From Candidatus Methylomirabilis limnetica (lineage in GTDB: Bacteria > Methylomirabilota > Methylomirabilia > Methylomirabilales > Methylomirabilaceae): a DNA stretch of 32,000 nt. Below the pieces are notes generated by a model. The model was given only the letters and a program-made list of their open reading frames with translations. It had not been told where the DNA came from and ran no database searches. The DNA is taken from assembly GCF_003044035.1 (NCBI RefSeq), contig NZ_NVQC01000026.1, positions 39,764 to 71,763 of the forward strand, read 5' to 3'. Shown here piece by piece: positions 10,294 through 17,983 of the stretch (position 1 is the stretch's first letter; the number at the start of each line of letters is the position of its first letter). Both the position numbers and the translations under genes were made by a program.

Positions 10294-11593
10294 ATTCGGC
10301 AAAGGCCTCATCGAGAATAGCCAGGCCTTCCAATGCCTGCGCCTCGGTGACGAGAAGCGGCGGATTGATCCGGATATTGTAGGAATAGCACATCGCGAGT
10401 AGTCCCCTTCGGAGGCAGGCCTGAAACAACCTTTGCGTCATTGGCTTCGGAAGCGGCTCCTTGGTCTGCCTATCCTTGACCAGTTCGATGCCCAGCAAGA
10501 GCCCTCTGCCCCGCACGTCGCCCACAAACGGGTATTTCTCCTTCATCACTTCCAGCCGTTTCAGCATGACCGCGCCGACACGCTTGGCATTCGCCACAAG
10601 CCGATCCTTAACGATTACCTCGAGGGTAGCCAGCCCCGCTGTTGCGGCTAGCGGATTGCCTCCATAGCTTGAGGAGCTTCCGCTCGGATTACCAAAGGGC
10701 TTGCTCGCCATCAGCTCTTGTGTCGAAATCACCCCGCTGACAGGGAACCCGCCTCCCATCCCCTTGCCGACCGTCATCACGTCCGGTACAATCGGCTCGT
10801 GATCGCACCCCCACATCGATCCGGTGCGGCCGAAGCCTGTGAGCATCTCGTCGGCGATCAGCAGGGCATCATTCTCCTTGGCAATCGTCTGTACCGCGCT
10901 CAAAAACCCCTGGGGCGGAATTACATTTCCGGCAGTCCCCTGGATCGGTTCCACGATGATCGCAGCGATCTCGCCCTGGGTCTGATACTGGATCACTTGG
11001 CGCAGGAAATCAGCGCAGGCAATACCGCAGTCGGGATAACGGAGCTTCAAGGGACAGCGATAGCAGTTGGCGTACGGGGCGCTGTAGAGGCCAGGCATGA
11101 AGGGTCCCATCTGCTTCTTGAAGTCATCCCCCAACAGCCCAAGGACCCCGCCGGTCTTGCCGTGGAACCCGCCCCAGAACCCGACAAACTCAAACTTCTT
11201 AGTCGCCGACTTGGCGAGTCGGAAGGCAGCCTCGACCGCCTCCGCCCCGCTGGAATACATCTGGATCCGCTTGAGCCCTTTCGGCGTGACCGATGCTAGC
11301 AGCGCAAGAAACCGGGCCCGGTTCTCAGTGGTGAAGCTACCGAACGTCAGCCGCTCGATCTGGGCCTTCATCGCCTCGACGTAGTGCGGGTGCGTATACC
11401 CGATGCTCCCCACACCGATCCCAGCCATGAAATCGAGATATCGATTGCCGTCCTCATCGATGAGGGTACACCCTTCCCCTCTCGCCATCGCCAGCCCGGA
11501 ATACAGCGCAATCGACTGTAGACCCGGTGCCATATGGCGCGCCTCACGGGTGAAGATCGCCCTGGACCGCTTTCCAGGAATATTTCGCTTCAT
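10268..11593 (-). CDS. Class-III (PLP-dependent) aminotransferase
   Basis: Motifs GFWGGFHGKTGG, IVEPIQGTAGNV, LIADEMLTGFGRTG and MTVGKGMGGGFP (Schiff-base Lys). I place the start at ATG 11593 (MKRNIPGKRS...), which overlaps the stop of the upstream ATP-grasp gene as ATGA. Confidence 0.9.
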   Translation of the reverse strand: MKRNIPGKRSRAIFTREARHMAPGLQSIALYSGLAMARGEGCTLIDEDGNRYLDFMAGIGVGSIGYTHPHYVEAMKAQIERLTFGSFTTENRARFLALLASVTPKGLKRIQMYSSGAEAVEAAFRLAKSATKKFEFVGFWGGFHGKTGGVLGLLGDDFKKQMGPFMPGLYSAPYANCYRCPLKLRYPDCGIACADFLRQVIQYQTQGEIAAIIVEPIQGTAGNVIPPQGFLSAVQTIAKENDALLIADEMLTGFGRTGSMWGCDHEPIVPDVMTVGKGMGGGFPVSGVISTQELMASKPFGNPSGSSSSYGGNPLAATAGLATLEVIVKDRLVANAKRVGAVMLKRLEVMKEKYPFVGDVRGRGLLLGIELVKDRQTKEPLPKPMTQRLFQACLRRGLLAMCYSYNIRINPPLLVTEAQALEGLAILDEAFAELEKTGYRG

Positions 11594-12474
11594 AGGAGCG
11601 CTCCTTGTCTGAGGCGACGTAGCAACCACGTAGCGATCTGGGGAGCAGCTTCCTCGCGAAACAACGCAAACGAAGGCCACGCATTAATGTCGATGAGGAA
11701 GAACTCCCCGGTAGGCGTGATGATGGCATCACCTCCGTACACCTCAAGCCCGATGGTGGAAGCCGCCTGCTGGGTAACGGTCTGTAATGCCTCCTCCGAA
11801 AAGGGATACCGAGCCAGATCCTGATCCCGGTGATAGAACCACTTAAACCATGTGTCCTTCCGATGGCCTGTAAGAGACTTTCCGATCCCGTAGAACTTGA
11901 TCAAATCTCCCGGAATGTGCTGCTGCAGCACCACGTGGGAGATTCCCCTGCCGTAGAGCGCTGCCAGAACCCTCCGGAGATCCTCCAAAGATGATACGAG
12001 TTCAACATCCCCGGATTGGGTATTGTGGACATCGGCTCGCTTGACCCAGATCGGGAAAGAGCCTGTCGGAAGCTGTGGCGAAGGATGATCAGGGTTGAAC
12101 GAGTTGCTCGATATGACCTGGCTCCTCGGGATCGGAATCGCTGAGGCGGCGAGAAGTGGAATCATTCGGTCCCGATAGGTGTTCAGCACGGCCTGAAGAG
12201 GATTGACATGTGGGATAGCTTGCATCTCAATCGGCTCAAGAGAACGTAGGGTTTCGACCCGCTCGCACATTAAAAATACAAGCGACGGCAAAGGGTCTGG
12301 CCGAAGCCCAGTCGAAGGATCGGCTACTCCGAGCTCCTCCGGCGTCTTGAGGTGTACCTGGTAGCCGGCCGCTTCGACATGTTTGGCCACGAGCCTCAGG
12401 ATCTCAGCATCATCGAATTCCCGACCCGGCGAGTGCTGCTGTTCACGATAAATCCCCCAAAGGTACGGCATCAT
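11590..12474 (-). CDS. ATP-grasp fold enzyme (ligase or ITPK1-like inositol-phosphate kinase)
   Basis: 294-aa ORF with FPIWVKRADV (ATP Lys), VVLQQHIPGDLIKFYGIG, and a Mg-binding block GGDAIITPTGEFFLIDINAWPSF that carries D-x-N rather than the usual E-x-N. Confidence 0.7.
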   Translation of the reverse strand: MMPYLWGIYREQQHSPGREFDDAEILRLVAKHVEAAGYQVHLKTPEELGVADPSTGLRPDPLPSLVFLMCERVETLRSLEPIEMQAIPHVNPLQAVLNTYRDRMIPLLAASAIPIPRSQVISSNSFNPDHPSPQLPTGSFPIWVKRADVHNTQSGDVELVSSLEDLRRVLAALYGRGISHVVLQQHIPGDLIKFYGIGKSLTGHRKDTWFKWFYHRDQDLARYPFSEEALQTVTQQAASTIGLEVYGGDAIITPTGEFFLIDINAWPSFALFREEAAPQIATWLLRRLRQGALL

Positions 12475-12492
12475 GAGGTACTGCCTCCGCTT

Positions 12493-13242
12493 TTAAAACA
12501 GGGTAGAGGGTAGAGGGTGTAGGGTAGACCCTGTCTTTTCATGTTCTTGTACAAGAGTTTCGGCCAGGTGAAGATCCTCGGCGCGATCGACGTCGATGAC
12601 CTGGTCAATGACCACCCCATAGACCGGGATCCCGCGATCAACCATCCAGATCAGGAAGTCACGAAGCCGATCCAGTGTAGACGGGTGAGGGGCTTCGGCA
12701 AAGATTGAGCCGGGCACAAGGTAGAGTCCGGCGGTTACGACGTCACCCGAGTCACCCCCTATTCCCGTTACGCGCCCGGAAGGATCGAGGGTCACCCAGA
12801 GAGGCTTCTCGTCGGCCACGAATGGCGTCACGGCCAAAACGACGGAAGCCTGACTGCAGCGCCGGGCCTGATCGACGAATCGGCGGAAGGCCGGTTCCGG
12901 ACAGATCCAGTCCACGGTAGACATGAGGATGGGGCCTGGACCGGATCGCCCACCAACCTCCCAGAAGCTTTCGTACGATGAGCGTGTAGTTTTCACGATG
13001 CATTGGACGTCGAGATTCGGGAAACGCTCCTGAATGAATGTGGCGCACTCCCGGTCGTCCTCATTGAAGATGATCCGTAGCTGCGTGATACCGACCTTCA
13101 CAAAATTGCTCATCACCCGCTCGATCAACGGGATACCTGCGACCGGCACCATCGGCTTCGGCATCCTCAAGCCGTCCCGTTTCAACCGGGAACCTTCCCC
13201 GGCCGCAATGATGCCCCCTATCAGGGTTGTGGGCGCGTTCAC
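12493..13242 (-). CDS. Sugar/alcohol-phosphate nucleotidyltransferase (candidate inositol-1-phosphate cytidylyltransferase)
   Basis: Intact signature GGIIAAGEGSRL followed by PKPMVPVAGIPLIERV. The GTG start overlaps the HAD stop as GTGA. The C-terminal 13 codons are encoded by GGGTAGA heptamers. Confidence 0.85.
   Translation of the reverse strand: MNAPTTLIGGIIAAGEGSRLKRDGLRMPKPMVPVAGIPLIERVMSNFVKVGITQLRIIFNEDDRECATFIQERFPNLDVQCIVKTTRSSYESFWEVGGRSGPGPILMSTVDWICPEPAFRRFVDQARRCSQASVVLAVTPFVADEKPLWVTLDPSGRVTGIGGDSGDVVTAGLYLVPGSIFAEAPHPSTLDRLRDFLIWMVDRGIPVYGVVIDQVIDVDRAEDLHLAETLVQEHEKTGSTLHPLPSTLF
12497..12540. repeat. Compact heptamer element: 4x GGGTAGA/GGGTGTA followed by CCCTGTCTTTTC
   Basis: AAACAGGGTAGAGGGTAGAGGGTGTAGGGTAGACCCTGTCTTTTC. 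It has the same end sequences as the 10147-10293 element and lies inside the 3' end of the nucleotidyltransferase CDS. Confidence 0.9.
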
Positions 13243-13949
13243 AGGAGTATCTCCCGAAGATCTGCTAGCGACCTGATCATAGGGTCACCCGGGCAACAGG
13301 GTACGGCAGCACCGGAGTGGTCTGATACCAGCCAGATATGGGGCATCCCGAGACCTTTCGCCCCTTCCATGTCTCGAGGCAATGAGTCGCCGACAAATAC
13401 CGCCTCTCGTGGATCGAGTTGTAACTGCATCAGCGCGGCCTGAAAGATCCTAGGGTCCGGCTTGGTGAACCCGACGCGCGCCGAATCAACCATTACACTC
13501 ATGAGCGGGGTCAGCCCACTCTCAAGACAGACGCGTTCGAGATTGCCATAGAAGTTCGAGATGATGCCGAGTCGAAATCGTACTGACAGCTCCCGCAGGA
13601 TCGTCAGGTTAGAACGGATCTTATCCAGTGAGTCCTGAAGAAACCTGTCGCACAGACGCGACGCTACCCTCGCATCGGCCATATTCAACGCCTCCAGTAC
13701 GCCCGTGACCTGGAACAGGAGGCTCTCTCGAAACGAGTAGTCCGAGAATCCCCGCGCCACCAGAGCATCATCGCCAACATAGTAGGCTTGATCGTATCGA
13801 TCCCGCTCTATCTCCATATGCTCGGCGAGATAGAACGGATAGAATCTATCTTTCCAGGCGACTCCGTCGGCATCAAGGGTTCCCCCGAAATCGAAGAGAA
13901 TAGCTTTTGGCAACTCTTTTACCATCCGGCTTCGCGTCATCGCGTTCAT
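13239..13949 (-). CDS. HAD-superfamily hydrolase/phosphatase
   Basis: Motif I AILFDFGGTLD, motif II LGIISNF, motif III FTKPDPRIF, motif IV VFVGDSLPRDMEGA. The second Asp of motif I is Gly. The first ATG (13949) lies inside a repeat array, so ATG 13925 (MVKELPKAILFDF) is a plausible alternative start. Confidence 0.8.
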   Translation of the reverse strand: MNAMTRSRMVKELPKAILFDFGGTLDADGVAWKDRFYPFYLAEHMEIERDRYDQAYYVGDDALVARGFSDYSFRESLLFQVTGVLEALNMADARVASRLCDRFLQDSLDKIRSNLTILRELSVRFRLGIISNFYGNLERVCLESGLTPLMSVMVDSARVGFTKPDPRIFQAALMQLQLDPREAVFVGDSLPRDMEGAKGLGMPHIWLVSDHSGAAVPCCPGDPMIRSLADLREILL

Positions 13950-14033
13950 TGCGTCATTGCGTTCATTGCGTCATTGCGTCGTACGCTATAGACGCTATAG
14001 ACGCTATAGACGCAATAGCCGCTATAGACGTAC
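13934..14033. repeat. Paired tandem arrays with 8/9-nt period around a CGTACG centre
   Basis: The left arm alternates GCGTTCATT and GCGTCATT units. The right arm is GCTATAGAC x3, GCAATAGCC, GCTATAGAC. The GCGTC/GACGC cores of the two arms are complementary. Confidence 0.9.
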
Positions 14034-15587
14034 TCAGAGCTGCTCCATGAAGGAGGCGATCTCGTCGAGCTTGACGCCTCGAACGGCGATCTCGGGCGTA
14101 TAGATGACCTCGTCTGCCGCCCAGACCAAGGTTTCCCTTACATCCTTACCGATCGCGATGATATTAGAGAGAATCGTGTGGATATTATCGTTGATCCGTA
14201 CCGTATTGGGTTTCAGCGGCGTCGTGATCCGTCCGTCCTTAATGATGTACGAGTCACCAACCACTGTGCAGGTGAAGTCGCCGGCCCGTAACCCGTTGAT
14301 AGGATACGTATACCAGATCCGCCCGATGAGTAGGCCGTTCTTTACGGTGGCGATGAGCTCATCGAGGCTTTGGTCTCCACCCTGTACGACAGCATTGGTT
14401 GAGGCGACTGCGGTTTGGACACCGAACTGTCGACCGCCACCAGCCCAGGATCGGAAACCGTTCCGCGGCACGATTGCGCTGCCGTGCTGGTTCGGGTCCA
14501 CCCCCAGCTTCTCTGTACCCCTGGGATCTCTTACTATACGCTGCTGTTCGTAATAGTTGGTGAGCAGCCCTACCAATCTGCCCCGCTGGATCAGGCGTGT
14601 TTTCCCGGTCGGTAGTCCTTCGCAGGTGATCCCCTTGCTGCCCATCAACCCACGCTTATTGCCATGGTCGTAGAGGGTGAGATGCTTCGATGCGACTCGC
14701 TTCCCGAGCCGTCCCATGAACGGAGAGCTATCGCTGTAGAAGGTGCTGAGGCTGAGAGAAGGCAGGATCAGATTGTTCAGGAGGTCGGCCACAGGCTGAC
14801 GCCCGAAGATTACCGTATACTCCCCACCCTTGATCCGCTCTCCGCCAATCGCCGCGAGAGCGTTGTGTGCGGCTTCTACACCGGCGCCGTCAGTAAACTG
14901 GTCCAGGCGGGTGCCGGCGGAGCAGCCGCTGCCCTTGGAGGCCTTGGCCTCGACCATTGCGGTGATGAAGGCCATGATCAGGGTCGATTCGTCGGTCTGG
15001 ACCTCGGGCATGGCGGTCGAGGCGATGGCGATCCGCTCCTGCTGGATGGTCACATCGCCACCTACAATGAGGCCTAATGCACTGATCTGGCCCTTACCGC
15101 CCGCCAGTTCGGCAAGTTGAGGAGAAGCCGCAAAGGTCTTTAGTCCCCCCTGCAAAACCTTCCAGCCGACCTCAACCAGATCCTCGTCCCGAATCTTCAT
15201 CAGTTTAGGGTCGTGGTAGCGGCGGAGCCTTCGCCGCTCACCCGTGGCTCTCGGCAGCGACGAGAATTCGGGATCGACGACGGCGCCGCGCCTGGCCTTC
15301 CCGAGGGCTCTTTTTACCCCATCGAGGCTTAGATCGCTCGGTTCGCTGCCAAACCCGATCGTAACACCGGCCTCTGTCTTGAAAACCGCCGCAATTCCAA
15401 GGCCGTACGATTCACTTGATTTCGGCTCTTCGACGCCATTGCATGGGATGTGCGAGGTATAGTTCAGCCGGGCTAAGAGGTTACCGTTACTTGACGCAAA
15501 GACCTCGGCCTCGGCCACCTGCTCGGCTGACCCTAGATACTCCAAGGCTTGCGTCACAGCCTTAGCAAGTTCAGCGGTTGAGATCAT
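14034..15587 (-). CDS. pmbA: PmbA/TldE-family metallopeptidase partner subunit
   Basis: 517-aa ORF with overall PmbA/TldD-family similarity, including the C-terminal NGFRSWAGG...IGRIWYTYPINGLRAGDFT..RGVKLDEIA blocks. It has no HExxxH motif, as expected for the TldE partner. AGGAGA Shine-Dalgarno 7 nt upstream of the ATG. Confidence 0.8.
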   Translation of the reverse strand: MISTAELAKAVTQALEYLGSAEQVAEAEVFASSNGNLLARLNYTSHIPCNGVEEPKSSESYGLGIAAVFKTEAGVTIGFGSEPSDLSLDGVKRALGKARRGAVVDPEFSSLPRATGERRRLRRYHDPKLMKIRDEDLVEVGWKVLQGGLKTFAASPQLAELAGGKGQISALGLIVGGDVTIQQERIAIASTAMPEVQTDESTLIMAFITAMVEAKASKGSGCSAGTRLDQFTDGAGVEAAHNALAAIGGERIKGGEYTVIFGRQPVADLLNNLILPSLSLSTFYSDSSPFMGRLGKRVASKHLTLYDHGNKRGLMGSKGITCEGLPTGKTRLIQRGRLVGLLTNYYEQQRIVRDPRGTEKLGVDPNQHGSAIVPRNGFRSWAGGGRQFGVQTAVASTNAVVQGGDQSLDELIATVKNGLLIGRIWYTYPINGLRAGDFTCTVVGDSYIIKDGRITTPLKPNTVRINDNIHTILSNIIAIGKDVRETLVWAADEVIYTPEIAVRGVKLDEIASFMEQL

Positions 15588-15612
15588 CGGTAAGTCTCCT
15601 GGAACACAACAA

Positions 15613-15680
15613 GGGTTTAGCGGTTTAGCGGTTAGAACCCACCGGCCATGCTTTTCCTCTACCCTATACCCTCTACCCTT
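15613..15680. repeat. Short tandem arrays: GGTTTAGC x2-3 and CCCTATA/CCCTCTA units
   Basis: GGGTTTAGCGGTTTAGCGGTTAGAACCC, then a spacer, then CTTTTCCTCTACCCTATACCCTCTACCC. It sits between the TldD stop and the PmbA start. Confidence 0.85.
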
Positions 15681-17249
15681 TCAAGCTCCGGTGAGGATGG
15701 CGCGGCTGCGCATGGTGGGGCCCCCATTACCGAGCCGCTTGGTCTGCATCGGCTGGCCCTTGCCGCAATTGGGGATCGGGTAGAGACGGAAGTCGTTCCC
15801 TACCGCATCCACCTTCATCAAGTAGTCCTTCGTATCGGCCATGATCCCGCCGTTACAGAACAACTCTCCGATCTGCCCATGCTTGATCTCATAGACCTTC
15901 ATCGCGGAGATTCGGAAGTTTTCGCGCGATTCAGCGATCGAGGGAGTCCGGTGCCCTACGAGGTAGTAGCCATGGGGGATCTCCCTGATAATCTCATGGG
16001 GGTCCCGTTCGCCAGGACTGAACACCGTATTTGACATCCTGATCAAAGGAACCATCGAGGCGTCAGTAGCCGTGTACGACCCGTTCGGCGGGATACCCAG
16101 GATGGCAGCGGTCTGGCGGCTGTTCATGAAGCCGGTGAAGATCCCGTGGTCGATGTGCATAACCTTTCTCCCTGATGTACCTTCGTGATCATACTTATAA
16201 TGGCCGTACCCGGGAAGAGAGGGGTCGGAGAAGGCTGAGACGAGGGGAGAAGCGATCGGTTTGCCCATCTGATGTTCCTGGAGGTCCCGGAAAAGCCAGC
16301 TTCGGCCGGCGTAAGAAGCCTCCATCTTCAACGCGCGATCCAGCTCGGCCGGGTGGCCGACAATCTCGTGGACCGTCAGGGTGTTGTAGTGGGGGTCGGT
16401 GACAACCACCATCTCGCGGTCAGTGGCCTTGAGCGGCCTGGCATTGCACAGGCTCACCGCGTCACCCGTGAGGTTCATACAAAAGGTCCGGAAATCCGGA
16501 AATTGGATGAACTCCTCTTGCACGCCTTTGGTTAACACCTCCCACCCGCGCTGGTGGCCCATGTAATCGTACAGCTCCTGCGTGCCGGATTTGCCGTCGG
16601 TCACGATGAAACACGTGCCCTGAGTCAGAGCAAAGCACTGGTCGATGTTGGCACCCTCAGAGCTACACAGCAACTCCCGGCTCAACAGGGTAAAGGCCGA
16701 GATGAACGTATACTTGACATGAGGGTCGAGCGCAAGCGTGCTTTTGGAGATCTCGGTCGTCATGGCGACGATCTCGTCTAAGGGGACGGAGAGGGGATCG
16801 ACCTCAAAGCGCGCCGGAACGATATCCTGATGAATCTCGATGGGCGCGAGGGTAGTGCTGATCAGGGTATCCCCCAGAGGACTGAACGCCTCCCGTGTTG
16901 CGCTCTTGCGCTCGGCGTTGGCCAGTGCCCGATGATGCGCATGACGGAGCCCGCCCTTCACGACCTGCGCTAGTCGATCTATGTCGGCTATTCCGAGCGA
17001 TTGCCCGAAATAGCCCGGCGCGACCATCCCGTTACCGGACAGAGCGCGGATACCGACCGCAAAGCCATAGTCCCTGGTGCTATGTTTACTCCCACCATTC
17101 TCTGCTGCGGCCGATTGTCCTTCATCGACCTGTACGCGAATGTCCACATAGCGGCAGCCGCGAAGGGTCTTCCTGTAGCGGGTGGCGAGATCGAAGATCA
17201 TCGGCTTGATCTGATCGATGATCTGTACTGTCATTGGTTGTGTTGACAT
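15681..17249 (-). CDS. tldD: TldD-family zinc metallopeptidase
   Basis: Zinc motif TVHEIVGHPAELD (HExxxH) plus the family-typical C-terminus (GNDFRLYPIPNCGKGQP). I prefer ATG 17249 (MSTQPM...), which has a GGGGAAG Shine-Dalgarno-like stretch upstream. The track start at 17276 is the alternative. Confidence 0.88.
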   Translation of the reverse strand: MSTQPMTVQIIDQIKPMIFDLATRYRKTLRGCRYVDIRVQVDEGQSAAAENGGSKHSTRDYGFAVGIRALSGNGMVAPGYFGQSLGIADIDRLAQVVKGGLRHAHHRALANAERKSATREAFSPLGDTLISTTLAPIEIHQDIVPARFEVDPLSVPLDEIVAMTTEISKSTLALDPHVKYTFISAFTLLSRELLCSSEGANIDQCFALTQGTCFIVTDGKSGTQELYDYMGHQRGWEVLTKGVQEEFIQFPDFRTFCMNLTGDAVSLCNARPLKATDREMVVVTDPHYNTLTVHEIVGHPAELDRALKMEASYAGRSWLFRDLQEHQMGKPIASPLVSAFSDPSLPGYGHYKYDHEGTSGRKVMHIDHGIFTGFMNSRQTAAILGIPPNGSYTATDASMVPLIRMSNTVFSPGERDPHEIIREIPHGYYLVGHRTPSIAESRENFRISAMKVYEIKHGQIGELFCNGGIMADTKDYLMKVDAVGNDFRLYPIPNCGKGQPMQTKRLGNGGPTMRSRAILTGA

Positions 17250-17311
17250 CGTCTTTGCTTCCCCTATCCCCAGCATTGGTTACGTTCTTTTCAAGGACGG
17301 TAAAGCGCTAG

Positions 17312-17341
17312 ATTGTACCCCATCAGGGTGAGAACTGGGAA
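17312..17341 (-). promoter_or_regulatory. Candidate sigma70-type promoter for tldD (TTCCCA-N18-TACAAT)
   Basis: On the minus strand, TTCCCA (17341-17336) is followed by an 18-nt spacer and TACAAT (17317-12). This lies in the 106-nt gap between thpR and tldD. The call rests on sequence pattern only. Confidence 0.3.
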
Positions 17342-17389
17342 GCACCTTTTATACGGGACGTGTACGGGACTGCGCTGTTGGAAGAGATC

Positions 17390-17983
17390 TCAGCCGAGCG
17401 AAAAGCTTTGCAGGATAGAGTAGCGTGCGCCCGCCACGTGCAGGTCGCTCTTCATCAGCTCGATCCGGTCGAGCGCCATCTCGCCCAGCGTCTCGGTTGG
17501 CGCCCCAGTGAGCGCGCTAGCCAACTGCTCTCGGTGCGCGGGGCTCCGTACACGACCCAGCGTAAGATGCGCGGTGAACGGTCGCTCCTCCCGTGCAAAT
17601 CCGAGCGACTCGAGCCCCGTCTCAATCCTCGTCTGAAGCTTTGCCAGCGCCTCCGCGCCGTGGGAGAGCCCGATCCAGACGACCCGGGCCGCACGCGGAT
17701 GGGGAAAGGCGCCGAGACCCTCAAAGACCAGGCGAATCGGACCACACCCGGTAGCCGCTACAGCGATCGCCTCCCCGATGACACCGAGACGACCCTCCTC
17801 GACCTGCCCCAGAAATTTGAGCGTAAGGTGGAGGTTCTCCGGCCGCACCCATCCGACGTCGGCTCGTGTGGCCTTGAGCCGATCCTGCACCCTGGCCAGG
17901 GCTGCTTTGAGGCCGGAATCCAGATTAGCGGCGACAAAAGCGCGAATCTCCGAGACGGGCTGGGAGTCAGGTCTGTCCGGCAT
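17390..17983 (-). CDS. thpR: RNA 2',3'-cyclic phosphodiesterase (2H phosphoesterase, LigT/ThpR)
   Basis: Two H-x-T-x motifs at the expected spacing (NLHLTLKF and TAHLTLGR). I place the start at ATG 17983 (MPDRPDSQ...), which overlaps the end of cinA by 17 nt. Confidence 0.85.
   Translation of the reverse strand: MPDRPDSQPVSEIRAFVAANLDSGLKAALARVQDRLKATRADVGWVRPENLHLTLKFLGQVEEGRLGVIGEAIAVAATGCGPIRLVFEGLGAFPHPRAARVVWIGLSHGAEALAKLQTRIETGLESLGFAREERPFTAHLTLGRVRSPAHREQLASALTGAPTETLGEMALDRIELMKSDLHVAGARYSILQSFSLG

Noticed and set aside
11590-17276. The ATP-grasp enzyme plus the TldD/PmbA proteases might form a RiPP (graspetide or microcin-like) cluster.
   Set aside because: No plausible precursor-peptide ORF is present, because the spacers consist of repeat elements. 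The ATP-grasp gene is overlap-coupled to an aminotransferase within an inositol-metabolic operon.
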